Positions 12,960-25,579 of a stretch of 63,075 nucleotides of DNA are shown here, piece by piece. Location: positions 35,357,849 to 35,420,923 of the forward strand of contig NC_068981.1 in the NCBI RefSeq assembly GCF_001194135.2, written 5' to 3'. Made by a program: the position numbers and the translations under genes. A model generated the notes under the pieces. It saw only the letters and a list, made by a program, of their open reading frames with translations. It ran no database searches and had not been told where the DNA came from. How positions within the stretch are numbered: the stretch's first letter is position 1; the number at the start of each line of letters is the position of its first letter. The stretch is from Octopus bimaculoides. Taxonomy: Eukaryota.

Positions 12960-13170
12960 ACCTCTATTTGGCGAGCCATTAAGTTACATAGACAACAACA
13001 CGGGTTTAACTATAAACAAAGAATAGATACACACACGACGATGAACTCCAGTACATTTTCCGTTCACCAAATTCCACCCACTAAATATTGGTTAGTTCAA
13101 AGCAATGATAGAAAACCCTTGCCCTAAGTGTTTCACGGTGAGATTGAACTCGGAACTAGGTGGTTGCAAA
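12960..13170 (-). mobile_element. Old copy of SINE family B
   Basis: Degenerate match to the CCAAATCCACTCACAAGG...CTTGCCCAAGGTG...GAAC core. Confidence 0.5.
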
Positions 13171-13764
13171 GCACACTACGGTAACTACAGAGCCATGACA
13201 GTTTTCTACTTTTTCGATTTTCTTTATTATGTTTTTCTTTTTGAAATTAATGACAAAATAAAAATAAAGACTTTGATTTTATTATGCTCTCCATTTTACA
13301 TGCGCATAGAACGCTTCGAGCTAACGTGGAAGCCTCTAGGATGGCAGCTCAAATTGCTAGAAATAGTAGCGAAATATCTCAAATCACACCCTACTGTCAT
13401 AGATAATGGACAATTACAATATAGTGCCCTTGGTCTTGTCTGCTTTGTTTCCTCGTAACTTTCTTAATGAATATAAATTTTATGAAAAGTTTTATAAAGA
13501 TACGTCTTCGATGGCTTAGATTACAATTATAATGGTAAAATTAAACACTGTTTTCATTATATACAGACAAAACCAACAACAAATAAAACGTCCGTTATTT
13601 TTTAAAATCATTCAATAACTTACAATCATTACAACATATCAACATAAAATCGGAAGTCATAAAAAAATTGAGTTTACGTTTAACCTATTACAATACTTGT
13701 TGGAAAGTGTCTTGGATGAGATCTCCCAATATGCTCCATTACTCTTATCTGCCATGTATAAGGC

Positions 13765-13965
13765 AGTGAGTTAGAAGCACTAGCGTGTCGGACAAAATGT
13801 TTAACGGTTGTTCGTCCAGCTCTTTGCGTGCTAAGCTCAAATTTCGCCGATGTCAGCTTTGCCTTTCATCTTTATGGGAGTTGATAAAACAAGTCCCAGT
13901 TGAGCGCTGGGTCGATGTAATCGACTTTTCCCCCATTCCCTGCAAAATTTCAGGTTTTGTGCCTA
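13765..13965 (+). mobile_element. SINE family A copy
   Basis: GCCTTTCATC...GTCGATGTAATCGACT body with decayed tRNA head. Confidence 0.65.
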
Positions 13966-14890
13966 TAGTAGAAAGAATTATGTTGGGCAATGATCATGAG
14001 CAAGCTACTGAATAGTTACAAAACTATAGACTTCTTTTCTTTATAATTTAAAAAGAAATAATTTCATTAGCTAATTGCATTTTACACTTTGAAAAACATT
14101 CTTTTTTTTTTTAAAGAGACGGTATTGTTAAGAAAGTTATAATGAAACAAAGTTGAGGGGTACTGATCTGTAGTTATTACTTCAGTTCACTAGGAAAATA
14201 CGGGATAGCTACAGCTGGAATGCATTTATTCACTCAAAGTGGAGTATTTTAGCTGCTTAAACAAACATACATACAATCATTTAGACTAAACTTGTTTTAT
14301 TGAGACAGGCCTAAGGGTATTCATTAAAACTTTCTAATTAACAATAATTAATCTTTTAACTGTTTCATTTGATTTATGCTTAAGTTTTAGGCACAGCTGG
14401 GCTTTGAGACTTTATGCTTGATTGAAAATAGTTGATAATCCTTCATTGATGCATAGATTAAAAACAGAAATGTCAGCGATTGCTTGGAATCAAATGCTTT
14501 GAATCAATTCTGAATGCTCTCCAAAGACTACTGACACTATCTGTGAAATAATGAATTTTTCAGTTTAAGAACAGGGCTCTTATGTTTCTTCATTATTCTT
14601 TTGTTTGCTTGAGCATGTGACATATTGTCCTTCATTAATCTTCCCATGTAATGATCAAGTTTAATTTACTGAATTTTAAAACACAATCTCTCTCTTTCTC
14701 TCCCTCTCCGTCATTGTATCTCTCACACTTTCTGCTCAAATATCTAGTTTCAGCTGAAAGTTACCATGATGACAGAGCATAATAATGAACGATAGTGTGT
14801 ATCCTCTCCCTCAAAAGGATTACAGTAGTTTCTCTGGAATAGTTCTACCATTGTCTTTATCAGTTACAGTGTGGGTATAGCAGACTGATG

Positions 14891-15269
14891 TGGAGGCGCA
14901 ATGGCCCAGTGATTAGGGCAGCGGACTCGCGGTCATAGGATCGTGGTTTCGATTCCCAGACCGGGCGTTGTGAGTGTTTATTGAGCGAAAACGCCTAAAG
15001 CTCCACGAGTCTCCATAGGGGGTGGTGGCGAACCCTGCTGTGCTCTTTCACCACAACTTTCCCTCACTCTTACTTCCTGTTTCTGTTGTGCCTGTAATTC
15101 AAAGGGTCAGCCTTGTCACACTGCGTCACGCTGAATATCCCCGAGAACTACGTTAAGGGTACACGTGTCTGTGGAGTGCTCAGCCACTTTCACGTTAATT
15201 TCACGAGAAGGCTGTTCTGTTGATCGGATCAACTGGAACCCTCGACGTAGTGCCAACAACAACAACAAC
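14891..15269 (+). mobile_element. Full-length young tRNA-derived SINE (family C) with (CAA)n tail and 14-bp TSD
   Basis: A-box TGGCCCAGTGA, B-box GTTTCGATTCC; TSD ATAGCAGACTGATG at 14877-14890 and 15270-15283; CpGs intact. Confidence 0.9.
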
Positions 15270-15699
15270 ATAGCAGACTGATGAAATTTGTTCTACAATC
15301 ATGTTTCCAAGATCAATCTTACTCTGCAGCAACTTGATCAAACACTTTCTACCATAGCCATGGTCAACTCAAACCTTGTGAGTGAAGTTGGGTTGATGGA
15401 AAATGTTTCCTTTCACCATTTTAATTTTTATTTTATACTTATTGTAATCTTCCCTTACTAGATAAACAACATAAAATATATGTCTGATGCACAATGTAAG
15501 AGTACATCTTGATGCTAGTCTGATGAAGTGTCACCCCAATATTATCAACAGCAAATATTGCAAAACTTTTCACAGGAAAGCATTAATATTCAATAGTGTT
15601 AGAAACAGAGTGGTATTGAAACAATTGTAACTAATAAAGATGTACTAAATTCATTCGTTTTTTTTTTTGTATTGTTATTTTTTCATAAAACTCACACAC

Positions 15700-16060
15700 T
15701 GCTTTTAACAGCGAGATATGGCAAGACTTCTGCCCGTCCCCCACCCCCTCCTTTTTCGGCTATGGGGAATACGAATCTGAAAAAAATTGGCAAAAATCGG
15801 CATTTTTACATTACCACCCCCACCCCCATTTCCTTCATTCCTTACTTTTTTTCAGATTTTGTTTTTGTTTTCAAAATATGCGGGAAAATACGGAGATTAT
15901 GATTCTGATAAAATTTCCAAAAATTTTTGTAAAATGTTTTTTTAAGAATTTTTTTTTCCTTCTAAATATGCGGAAAAATACGGACATTATGATTCAGACA
16001 AAATTTCAAAACATTTCTGTATTTACGGTTAGGGTTAGGGTTGGGGTTTTAGGATTAGTG
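15700..16060. repeat. Repeat with internal 48-bp direct repeats and terminal TTAGGG-like tract abutting gap
   Basis: AAATATGCGG(G/A)AAAATACGGA..ATTATGATTC at 15874 and 15964; GGTTAGGGTTAGGGTTGGGG at 16027-16046. Confidence 0.6.
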
Positions 16061-16749
16061 NNNNNNNNNNNNNNNNNNNNNNNNNNNNNNNNNNNNNNNN
16101 NNNNNNNNNNNNNNNNNNNNNNNNNNNNNNNNNNNNNNNNNNNNNNNNNNNNNNNNNNNNNNNNNNNNNNNNNNNNNNNNNNNNNNNNNNNNNNNNNNNN
16201 NNNNNNNNNNNNNNNNNNNNNNNNNNNNNNNNNNNNNNNNNNNNNNNNNNNNNNNNNNNNNNNNNNNNNNNNNNNNNNNNNNNNNNNNNNNNNNNNNNNN
16301 NNNNNNNNNNNNNNNNNNNNNNNNNNNNNNNNNNNNNNNNNNNNNNNNNNNNNNNNNNNNNNNNNNNNNNNNNNNNNNNNNNNNNNNNNNNNNNNNNNNN
16401 NNNNNNNNNNNNNNNNNNNNNNNNNNNNNNNNNNNNNNNNNNNNNNNNNNNNNNNNNNNNNNNNNNNNNNNNNNNNNNNNNNNNNNNNNNNNNNNNNNNN
16501 NNNNNNNNNNNNNNNNNNNNNNNNNNNNNNNNNNNNNNNNNNNNNNNNNNNNNNNNNNNNNNNNNNNNNNNNNNNNNNNNNNNNNNNNNNNNNNNNNNNN
16601 NNNNNNNNNNNNNNNNNNNNNNNNNNNNNNNNNNNNNNNNNNNNNNNNNNNNNNNNNNNNNNNNNNNNNNNNNNNNNNNNNNNNNNNNNNNNNNNNNNNN
16701 NNNNNNNNNNNNNNNNNNNNNNNNNNNNNNNNNNNNNNNNNNNNNNNNT
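16061..16749. other. Assembly gap (N run)
   Basis: Run of N. Confidence 0.99.
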
Positions 16750-17879
16750 AACAAAATATAAAATTTAATATGGTCAAATAAAACTTTTAAAGAAGCAAAG
16801 TGCAAAATTCTTTTTCATTTCTTAATATAAATCCTCCTATCCGAAAAATTCAAATTTATATTAAGATAAAATCTAAAATTAGAATTCTCTGCCAGACAGC
16901 GAAGTTAATTTGAAAAAACAACAACAAAAAACAAAACAAAACAACAAGACAGTTGTTTAATTAAAAGTTATTGATAAATGTAAAAAAAAAAAAAAAGATT
17001 CGAAATTGGTAGATTGTCACAAAAATCATTCAAACATTTCTACCGAAATATAATGAAAGAATAATTTAATTCTATCTTTGCATACTTCTATGTTAAAGAT
17101 TTTATTAAATCTTCTACCAAGTATAAAGGGAATAAATGATTAAATTAAATGCAGGTGTAGTAAATAAATCATAAATTAAAATCACTTAAAGCATCGATCG
17201 ATAACTTCAATTTTCAGTGGTCACCTACAACTTTGTCCAGTAATATTTAGATATAAACGCGGTAATGAAAATTTCTGAACACATTAAGAGAAAAAAAGTG
17301 AATAATAATAATGAAAAAATATAAATCTATAAACGATCTGTAGTATAAATCCACAAACATAGATGATGTGGCATGTAATATAGCTTGGCGATACATGCCT
17401 GATGTGTGGCGAATTGTTTATAACAAGATCTTGCATCAGTAATTGAAGTATCATAAAGCGAAGTGTTCAAATTACCATGAGGAAAACAGAAAATATATAG
17501 AGGCTATCGCGGGGGACATCTGAAAATATTTCAGCTGGCTCTGATTATAACAAATGTATTATTGGAATGATGACAGATCCGACTTAAAGGGCCTTTACGA
17601 TAAGAAAACAAGGAAAAGATTATGTAATAATTTACATTCACCGAACATTAAGAGAAAAAGATTTATAAATAATACACGTAAGATAAGATTAAAATAAAAT
17701 GCTTATTACTTTCGAATCACGAAGTTATTAGCGACAGAATATTTTAAACATTATGTATACGGACTCGTATTAATATTATCATCATCAGAGACGGAGAAAA
17801 ATATTTAATACCACCACCGCTCGTTGCTTTCTTCCTGATAGGTCTTATAATAAATATGCATGTTGAACCGGCCTCTTTT

Positions 17880-17940
17880 AACAATATTGACCAATCAGAG
17901 AGCAAGCTTTGCGTTACGTCGTCGACCGGAAGCCACACAT
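17880..17940 (+). promoter_or_regulatory. Candidate Pol II promoter (CCAAT + CRE-like + ETS motifs) in a CpG-rich island
   Basis: GACCAATCAG (CCAAT at 17891), TTACGTCG (17914), ACCGGAAG (17925); followed by donor TTCG|GTGAGT at 18071/18072. Confidence 0.45.
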
Positions 17941-18071
17941 GGGAATTCTCATGTGTCTTGTTGACAAAAGCCTGTTATTCATTCAACGAACAAAGGATTA
18001 AGTCTGGCCCACGATTAACAGCATCATGTAACTGCTGCTAATCTTTGGACTGGAGAGATGCTGAATGTTCG
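17941..18071 (+). other. Candidate non-coding first exon
   Basis: Lies between promoter-like motifs and a consensus 5' splice site; start position is a guess. Confidence 0.3.
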
Positions 18072-20839
18072 GTGAGTAACAGAAAGAGAAGAGTGTGAAC
18101 AAATTAATATTCCCTACAAAAAGAAAAAAAAAAGTTAGAAAACAAAATAATTATTAGCGAAACTTATTTTGTTACTTTTCTTTTCATTGAATCTTACTAA
18201 TTCGCTAAAAAGCAAAAAAGAAAAGAAAAAGAGTGAAAGAGAGAGAGAAAGCGTATGTATGTGTGAATGAGAGAGAGAGAAATTGAGTAAGTGTCAGAAT
18301 ATGTTGGTGATGTTTGTCATTTATCTTTTTTCTTTTTTCTTTCTTCTGTCCACCCTTCTCTCACTTCACCTGCTTAATCTATCGGTGAGCTGAGTGATGA
18401 GGCTGGGTAAGTTGACTGGCGTGAGATTTCTTCTCTGTTGTCAACCGGCCGGCTGCTACCTACTGGACCTAAGTTAAGGCTTGTATGAAAATAGAGATAG
18501 CAAGTAAATACATGCCTGAACGAAACCTATCTTTTTGACAAGCTGCCATGCTCTCTGTTTTTTGATATGATTCTCTTTTCTCTGTCGTCAATGTTTTTGT
18601 TATGACCCCCTCCTTCTTCCCTTTATTAGTCTATCATTTCTTTGTGTTTATGAGGGTAATGATAAAATTGGCTCTTATCACTATTGACATGTCTGATGAT
18701 TAGGGGTATAGATTGTACCCCTAATTGTGATGATTAGGGGTACAGATTGAAATGAATAGATTTATCCGACATGAAAATTCTTCATCGATGTGTAACAGGG
18801 TATGTCCATCTATCATCACCATCCGTCCTTTCGACCTCCTGCTGTCCTTATCCTTGTTATGTGTGTCAGTAGCACTGTAAAACGAGATGTAAGTAACCGA
18901 AGTGAATGGCATGTGTGTCGCCAGACTGATTGATACGCATGGTTTGTTGTTGACAGAAGTTCTTTCAAATGAATGAATGAATGGGATATTTTGAAGTATT
19001 TATTAAATATGCACGAAATAAATAAACTGTACTGCTGGATCTGCCAACCATACCGCCCACCTACTCTACTGATCTTGATTGAATATAGTACACGAGATAA
19101 TGTATGCACACTTCAACCCGTGTTCGTTTTGTGGATTGAAGTGACAATGATGGTGATAATAGTTATGTTTGCGTGTGTCGCGGGGTTTATTGGCTGTCAG
19201 TTATGTATAAAGTCATGATTTATATGCATGTTTGTACACGCGCGCGCATGCATACATGCAAACGCACACTTGCACTTTTCGTATATGTACTTCGTTTATT
19301 ACACACGCTTATAAACTTACATACACGAACCTTTACGTGATTGCTAGATTTGCTGCAAATAGCGACCGAATCTTTCTTAAATCACACCTTACCGTTTTCG
19401 TAAAGAAGGTTGTGTCTGAAAAGATGGGGCGGTCGCGACGGGAATTCTTTGATTATAAAGGCTGACCCAAGACTAAACAACAACAATAACAACTTATATT
19501 CATAGATTCAAACATGACTGCTTTTTATCTTTTATTGATTTTATTAATAATACATGTGGTAACACAATCCAGTGCTTTCTAACAATTTTTTTCCTATAAT
19601 GTTGCGTGTGTGTTGTATGTGGGGGGATGGATATACGGGAGGGGACCGATTGAATAGTTATCATTTCATCATGACTACCCTATGAAATATATTCATTTTG
19701 TTTCGTTTATTTTTCTTTGCTTTTCTTATTTAATTTTCCATGGATTACATTTTTTCTTCTGTAACAACAAAAAAAAAAGGACTCCAATTAAATGTAATAT
19801 AACGTTTGTTTTGTATAGACTATAAAAAAAATTGGTCTCTCTCTCCCTCTTTCTCTCCATTCTTTTTCATAACCCGTGTGTGTATAGCAGGGGTGAGAAG
19901 ACGGTTCATTAAATAAGAATGGATATATGAAGATTTATTGTTTGACACAATTGCCTATGCAATTTCTTTTGTTTGGCTTTAATTATCATTTTTTTTTTTT
20001 CTCTGACATTTCTTTTGAATGAAAAATGGATTATGTTGCTTTATTTGTTTTGACCAACGTGGTCTTAGAGAGTCATGCTATATGCAATGATTCTCTCGAA
20101 CATGCAAACGCATCGTCAGTATTTGACGATAGGAATAACCCATCCAGCCCCATACACACAAACGGAAAACAAAGCAATTTTATTAAGAGTACTCTAACAA
20201 ATGTAGTACTCTAACAAACGGCTCACCGATCGTTTAGTTGGAATATGTGTTGCACTTACTGCATTATATATTTGTGTGTGTGTTTGTAATGTACGCGCGC
20301 GCGAATAGCCTTTGACCTGTAAGCTGACCATTTACTTTGGAGATTTCATTGGAGTACATAATATACTCTTATATACTGGAGTATTGTTATATACTGAGAT
20401 ATATATTTCCGCACATACACATTTGGAGGCTTGTTTCATAAATATCATTACAATATATAAATAAACTGTATTGAGTACGCACACACACACATACACACAC
20501 GCACGAGAGACCCCACTCTCACTCATCTTCATCACACGTAATATAGGATTCGTTACGCTACCTTCCTATGTGTGACATGTAAAGAGTTGTAATCAAGAAC
20601 ACGGTTGTTGTTGCTGTTGTGGTTGAGTGAAGAAGTCAGGTTTCAGACTCGTACAACTCCGAAATTCATTATTTTTCAAGTCACGTTAAAGCAGTAACAT
20701 CGTTATAATGGTAATAATACTAACAATAACAAAACACACACGTAATTATCTTGTTCTTTAGGTCAAGTATAACGCTACTCCAGATTACTTAAGGGTATAA
20801 ATAGCGGTGTTTAATAATAAAAATAATCCTTTTTATTAT

Positions 20840-21500
20840 AGTTTGGAGGGAGGGGTCAGTCGATTACATCGACTCCATTAGTTTCACTGGTACTTAATTT
20901 ATCGACCCGAAAGGATGAAAGGCAAAGTCGACTTCGACGGAATTTGAACTCAAATCGTAGCAGCAGACGAAATACAGCTAAGTATTTCGCCCGGATGCTA
21001 ACGATTCTGCTACCTCGCCTTCTTCTTCTTCTTCTTCTTAATGATAATAATAATAATAATAATAATAATAATTATTACTTCAAAATTTGGCACAAAGCCA
21101 GCAATTTCAGGATAGAGGGATGAGTCAAATACGTCAGTCCCAATACTCAACTGGTATTTATTTTATCGACCGAGAAAGGATGAAAGGCAAAGTCGACCTC
21201 GGCGGAATTTGAATCAGAACGTAAAGACGGACGAAATGCCGCTAAGCATTTCGTCCGGTGTGCTAACGGTTCTGCCAGCTCGCTGCTTTAATAATAATAT
21301 ACTCCTTTCTACTAAAGGCCCAAGGCCTGAAATTTGGGGAAAGGGACTAGTCATTTACATCGACTCCAGTGTTTCACTGGTACTTTATTTATCGACCGCA
21401 AAAGGATGAAAGGCAAAGTCGACCTCGGCGGAATTTCGGCAGACGAAATACCGCTAAGCATTTCACCCGGCGTGCTAACGATTCTGCCAGCTCGCCGCCT
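20840..21500 (-). mobile_element. Three head-to-tail SINE family A copies separated by (AAT)n/(CTT)n
   Basis: AAGGATGAAAGGCAAAGTCGAC at ~20912, ~21177, ~21402. Confidence 0.9.
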
Positions 21501-21959
21501 TATTATTATTATTAATAATAATAATAATAATAATAACAATAATAGCGATTTGTTTCGCTCTTGTTACCAGTTATTTGTGGCAGAGCACCATCGAAGGATG
21601 AAAACAAACCGTACGTTTCTAACAAGAACTAAGCATGAAATTCATGTATATATATGCGCTCGCGCGCGTGTATGCATACACACACATACACGCACGTGCG
21701 CGTATAGTATATGACAGAGAAATTTATCTTTGTACTGTTTCCTTTCTTTAAATACATCAAAAGCAACGGGACAATGCACAGTTTAATTTTCAAAAGCAAA
21801 TCAATTCATTGTGACTACAAATCCATGACGGTATCTTCATTCGCCCCAGCCTCTTTTCATTTATTCTTCTTTCTCATGACTGATCTCTCAATCTTTGGCA
21901 CTCCTAGTTAATTTTATTTGGAAACTTTCAATAACCCCCCAAACTGGCAATATTTCAGC

Positions 21960-22340
21960 TCCTATCAGTGATATCTTTTACTTGTTTAAGTCATTAGACT
22001 GTGGCCATGCTGGGGCACCAACTTGAAGAAATTTAGTTGAATCAATTGACCCACTACTTATTTATTATTTTTTTTAAAGATTGGGACTTATTCTATCAAC
22101 CCTTTTGCTGAACCGCTATTTTGCATGAACTAAACATACCAACACCGGTTGTCAAGCGGTGATAGGAATAAATGCACACACACACACACATAAACGACAG
22201 GTTTCTTTCAGTTTCTGTTCATCAAATCCACTCAAAAGGCTTTGGTTGGCCCAGGGCTAAAACAAGGTGCACCGCAGTGGGACTGTACCCGAAACCATGT
22301 GGTTGGGAAGTAAACTTCTTACCACACTGCCACGCTTGTA
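21960..22340 (-). mobile_element. tRNA-derived SINE family B with internal (CA)n
   Basis: GACTGTGGCCATGCTGG...CAAATCCACTCA...GGGACTG...CCATGTGGTTGG core. Confidence 0.85.
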
Positions 22341-22834
22341 TCTAAACAGAAAATCCACAAAAGTCTAGTTTAAAATAAATATTAAATGTAAAACTCTGCT
22401 TTAAACACTAGGTTAGAAATGATGAATGATTTAATCAACTCATCAAAGCAATTTGTAATTAATTATTGTACTTTTCTAAAATTTCTTTGTGTCAAATTTT
22501 TCCAATTTTCTTTGGTGTATATTATACTTTCATCAGAAGTATGACAGTATTTAATCATTGGAGTTTTGTTAATTTGACTCAAAGTAACCCTGTCTACGTG
22601 TGAGTGTGTGTGAAAATTTTACGGTTGATCGGAAGGCTGTTCTAATTATTACTTATTGTTAGGATAAGTTTCCACAATAAAAACTAAATCTTTTATTTGG
22701 TAGTGCTGACTTTTCAAAGAATACAAAAACAAAAAGAAGATAAGCTCTTTCCTTAACCATCACGACAGAATGTAACCTGACATGACAGAAAAACCAAATC
22801 AATAGCCAGGCTTACAGAGCTATAATCTGCTTAC

Positions 22835-22942
22835 ATATTCGTGCCTGAAGATCTAGGTAGCGAGACGGTATAAACTTGGAAGGAGGAGACCGACTTCGTT
22901 TTCAGCCATCCCACCTTGTATACATTATATACTGTGTCCTTT
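22835..22942 (-). CDS. Candidate 108-nt symmetric (phase 2-2) coding exon of unknown gene: KDTVYNVYKVGWLKTKSVSSFQVYTVSLPRSSGTN
   Basis: Acceptor ctttag|, donor |gtaagc, one frame open throughout, non-repetitive; weak pyrimidine tract; no homology recognised. Confidence 0.25.
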
Positions 22943-23248
22943 CTAAAGACTTCTGTTAAAGTAAACATTTAGGTCTTGCTTGCCGTGACTGACTGCTTGT
23001 AATCAAATCACTCCCGCTCCTCTTTCACTCAGACCGATGCTAATAAAATAGATTCAACTTCTAGAACGAGGTACTCTCGTTGGGTATCGTTCGCTTTCAC
23101 TTTCTTCCAGTTTATTTGTATGTATGAAATGGATGATCATGATGATGTGAGTGTAGGCTTGGAAAGTGCTAACGCACGAAACTTTGGTTCCCCCAAGTCA
23201 CTCTCTTTTGCCAAATATTATTAAAATATGTGTGCGTGCATATGTGTG

Positions 23249-23281
<33 letters not shown>

Positions 23282-23404
23282 GTGCGTGCATATGTATATA
23301 TGTATACATATATATACACATATATGTACACACATATATATACATATATATGTTTATGTATATATATATATAGATATATACATACATGCATATATATATA
23401 TATA

Positions 23405-23600
23405 TATATTTTACTTGTTTCTGTCATTTGACTGTGGCCATGCTGGAGCACCACCTTTAGTCAAACAAATCGGTCCCAGGGATTATTCTTTGTAAGGCTA
23501 GTACTTATTCTACTGGTCTTTTTTGCCGAACCGCAATGTGATGGAAACATAAACACACCAGCATCGGTTGTCAAGCGATGGTGGGGGAAAAAGCACATAC
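23405..23600 (-). mobile_element. SINE family B 3' half
   Basis: TTTTACTTGTTTC..GTCATTTGACTGTGGCCATGCTGGAGCACC core. Confidence 0.85.
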
Positions 23601-23666
23601 AAATAACAAATACATGCATATATGGGTGTGTGTGTGTGTGTGTATATATGGGCATATATATATGTA

Positions 23667-24706
23667 CCACAATTAGGTCGTCAGCATTTTTTAACTGTTG
23701 GTATCATATGTATTGAGTATAGTTTTGCATTTGTTAGGAGTCTCTTGAGTGATTTATGTTGTCTTTTGGATTTGAGGAGTTTATGTGTATTTAGGATGTT
23801 GTTCATTTTTGGGTCTTGAGTGAGCAGAGGGAGATTTGTATAATTGTGTTGTATGTTTCATTGTTTCTGGGGTTGTGGGTTGATATGTATGGGAGTGATT
23901 TAAAGTGCGGTGTGGTGTTTTGTTTTGTTGTCCTTAGTGTGTTTGTGTCCAATTTCTTGGCATGTTCAATTCCATGGTCTATAAGTGCGGGTGGGTAGTG
24001 ATGTTCAATGAGTGTTATTTTGTGATCTTGTAGGTGAAGTTCCCAAGTGGTTGTGTCAGATACAATTGTACAGATCCTTTTAGCTAGATTGAATGGGATA
24101 TTTATTTTGGTGTGTTTTGGATGGCATGAACTGAAAAGGAGATACTGTTTTGAGTCTGCTGGTTTATAGTAGATGTCAGTTGCAATTTGGTTGTTAGATT
24201 TTTTTTATAATCAAAATGTCCAGAAATAGGAGCTGTTCCTTGCTATATTCCATTGTAAATTGAATATTGGAGTTTATATTGTTCAGTGTGGATTTGAAAT
24301 TCAGGAGTTTCTCATAGGCTTCATTCCAGATGATAAAACAATCGTCTAGGTACCTTTTCCAGTTTTCTCTTATATACTGGTGGAATGGGGGTCCAAATTT
24401 TTGGAGTGAAAGTTCATATAGGGTAGACTCAAAGAAACCCATTATTAGGTTCACAAGGACAGGCGCTGCTTTCATTCCCATCGCAATACCCCATTCTTGG
24501 CAGTAGTATGTTGCATCGAATAGGAAGTAATTGTTTTGTAGGATGATCTTCAGGGATTCAATGACAAAGGTCTGGTTTATGCAGTCCGGGAGAACTTTGG
24601 GGTATTTTTCTAACCAGGATTTTTATCGCCTCTATTCCGTAGTTTTGTGGAATGTTAGTGTAGAGGTTGATGACATCGAAGGAGACTAATAGTGCTTCTT
24701 CATTGG
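23667..24706 (-). pseudogene. Penelope-like retroelement reverse transcriptase fragment (RT + thumb + linker, frameshifted)
   Basis: Minus-strand translation gives LLVSFDVINLYTNIP, ILQNNYFLFDATYYCQEWGIAMG, WKRYLDDCFIIW, FLDILI, TDIYYKPADSKQYLLFSSCHPKH, and KKC*RPNCG at the start of the Zn-finger linker; GIY-YIG missing. Confidence 0.9.
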
Positions 24707-24794
24707 TGTGTATATATATTTATATATATATATATATATACACACACACGCGTGTGTGTGTGTGTATACACATGCATGCAAACACATATGCATT

Positions 24795-25189
24795 CTGGCT
24801 TCCGTGCTAGTGGCCCGTAGATAGCACCATTTGAGTGAAATCGTTACCAGCGTTGCCTTCTAGCACTTGTGCTGGTGGCACGTTAGAAAATCATTCGAGC
24901 GAGGTCATTGCCAGGTCATTCGAGCGAGGTCATTGCCAGTGTAGGTGGCACATAAAAAACACCTTTTTGAGCGTGGCCGTTGCCAGTACCGTGTGACTGG
25001 CCCTCGTGCCGGTGGCACATAAAAGCGCCCACTACAATCTCAGAGTGGTTGGCGTTAGGAAGGGCATCCAGCTGTAGAAACTCTGCCAGATCAGATTGGA
25101 GCCTGGTGCGGCCTTCTGGCTTGCTAGTCCTCAGTCAAATTGTCCATCCCATGCTAGCATGGAAAGCAGACATTAAACGATGATGATGA

Positions 25190-25192
<3 letters not shown>
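24795..25192 (+). mobile_element. RTE LINE 3' UTR fragment with (GAT)n tail
   Basis: GGCGTTAGGAAGGGCATCCAGCTGTAGAAAC...GCATGGAAAG.GAC.TTAAACGATGATG; the same UTR is joined to an RTE ORF end at 47850-48250. Confidence 0.8.
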
Positions 25193-25228
<36 letters not shown>

Positions 25229-25579
25229 TATGTATATACCCACAGATGCTCATGCATGTCATCATTATTGTTTTAATATTCATTTTCCATGCTTGCATGA
25301 ATAAGATGGAGTTTGAGGCAGATTTTCTTTACCTGAAAGCCCTTCCCATCACCAACTGTTACCTATTTCTAAGCAAGCAGGTATTTTCCCCATATTTCAC
25401 AAAGTATTAAAGACGAACAACACTGCTTGTATGACAATAACACTCATTTACAACTAGCACACATTGTAAAGACAAGAACACACACAAACACACACACTGT
25501 TTTAATTATGCAAATTACTCTAGGCCATAATGTTCTCTGCACTTTTTGTATATGACTTTGCTGGAGTTAAGGTAGAATA

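Noticed and set aside
14895-14960. tRNA-like sequences (also ~43500-43570, ~45245-45300 and family A/B heads)
   Set aside because: No complete cloverleaf; they continue into SINE bodies, so they are not tRNA genes
19340-19465. Apparent minus-strand exon ending at GTAAGG
   Set aside because: The sequence matches a dispersed repeat also seen at ~13340, ~51400 and ~57350 (GCTAGAAATAGC..AAATCACACC)
23155-23200. Half hammerhead: GTGC-TAAC-GCAC-GAAAC
   Set aside because: Stem II and GAAA are present, but the 5' core reads CTTGGAAA and stem I cannot be closed convincingly; possibly a deleted remnant
24822-24842. TAGCACCATTTGA resembling miR-29
   Set aside because: Inside an RTE 3' UTR repeat; no precursor hairpin
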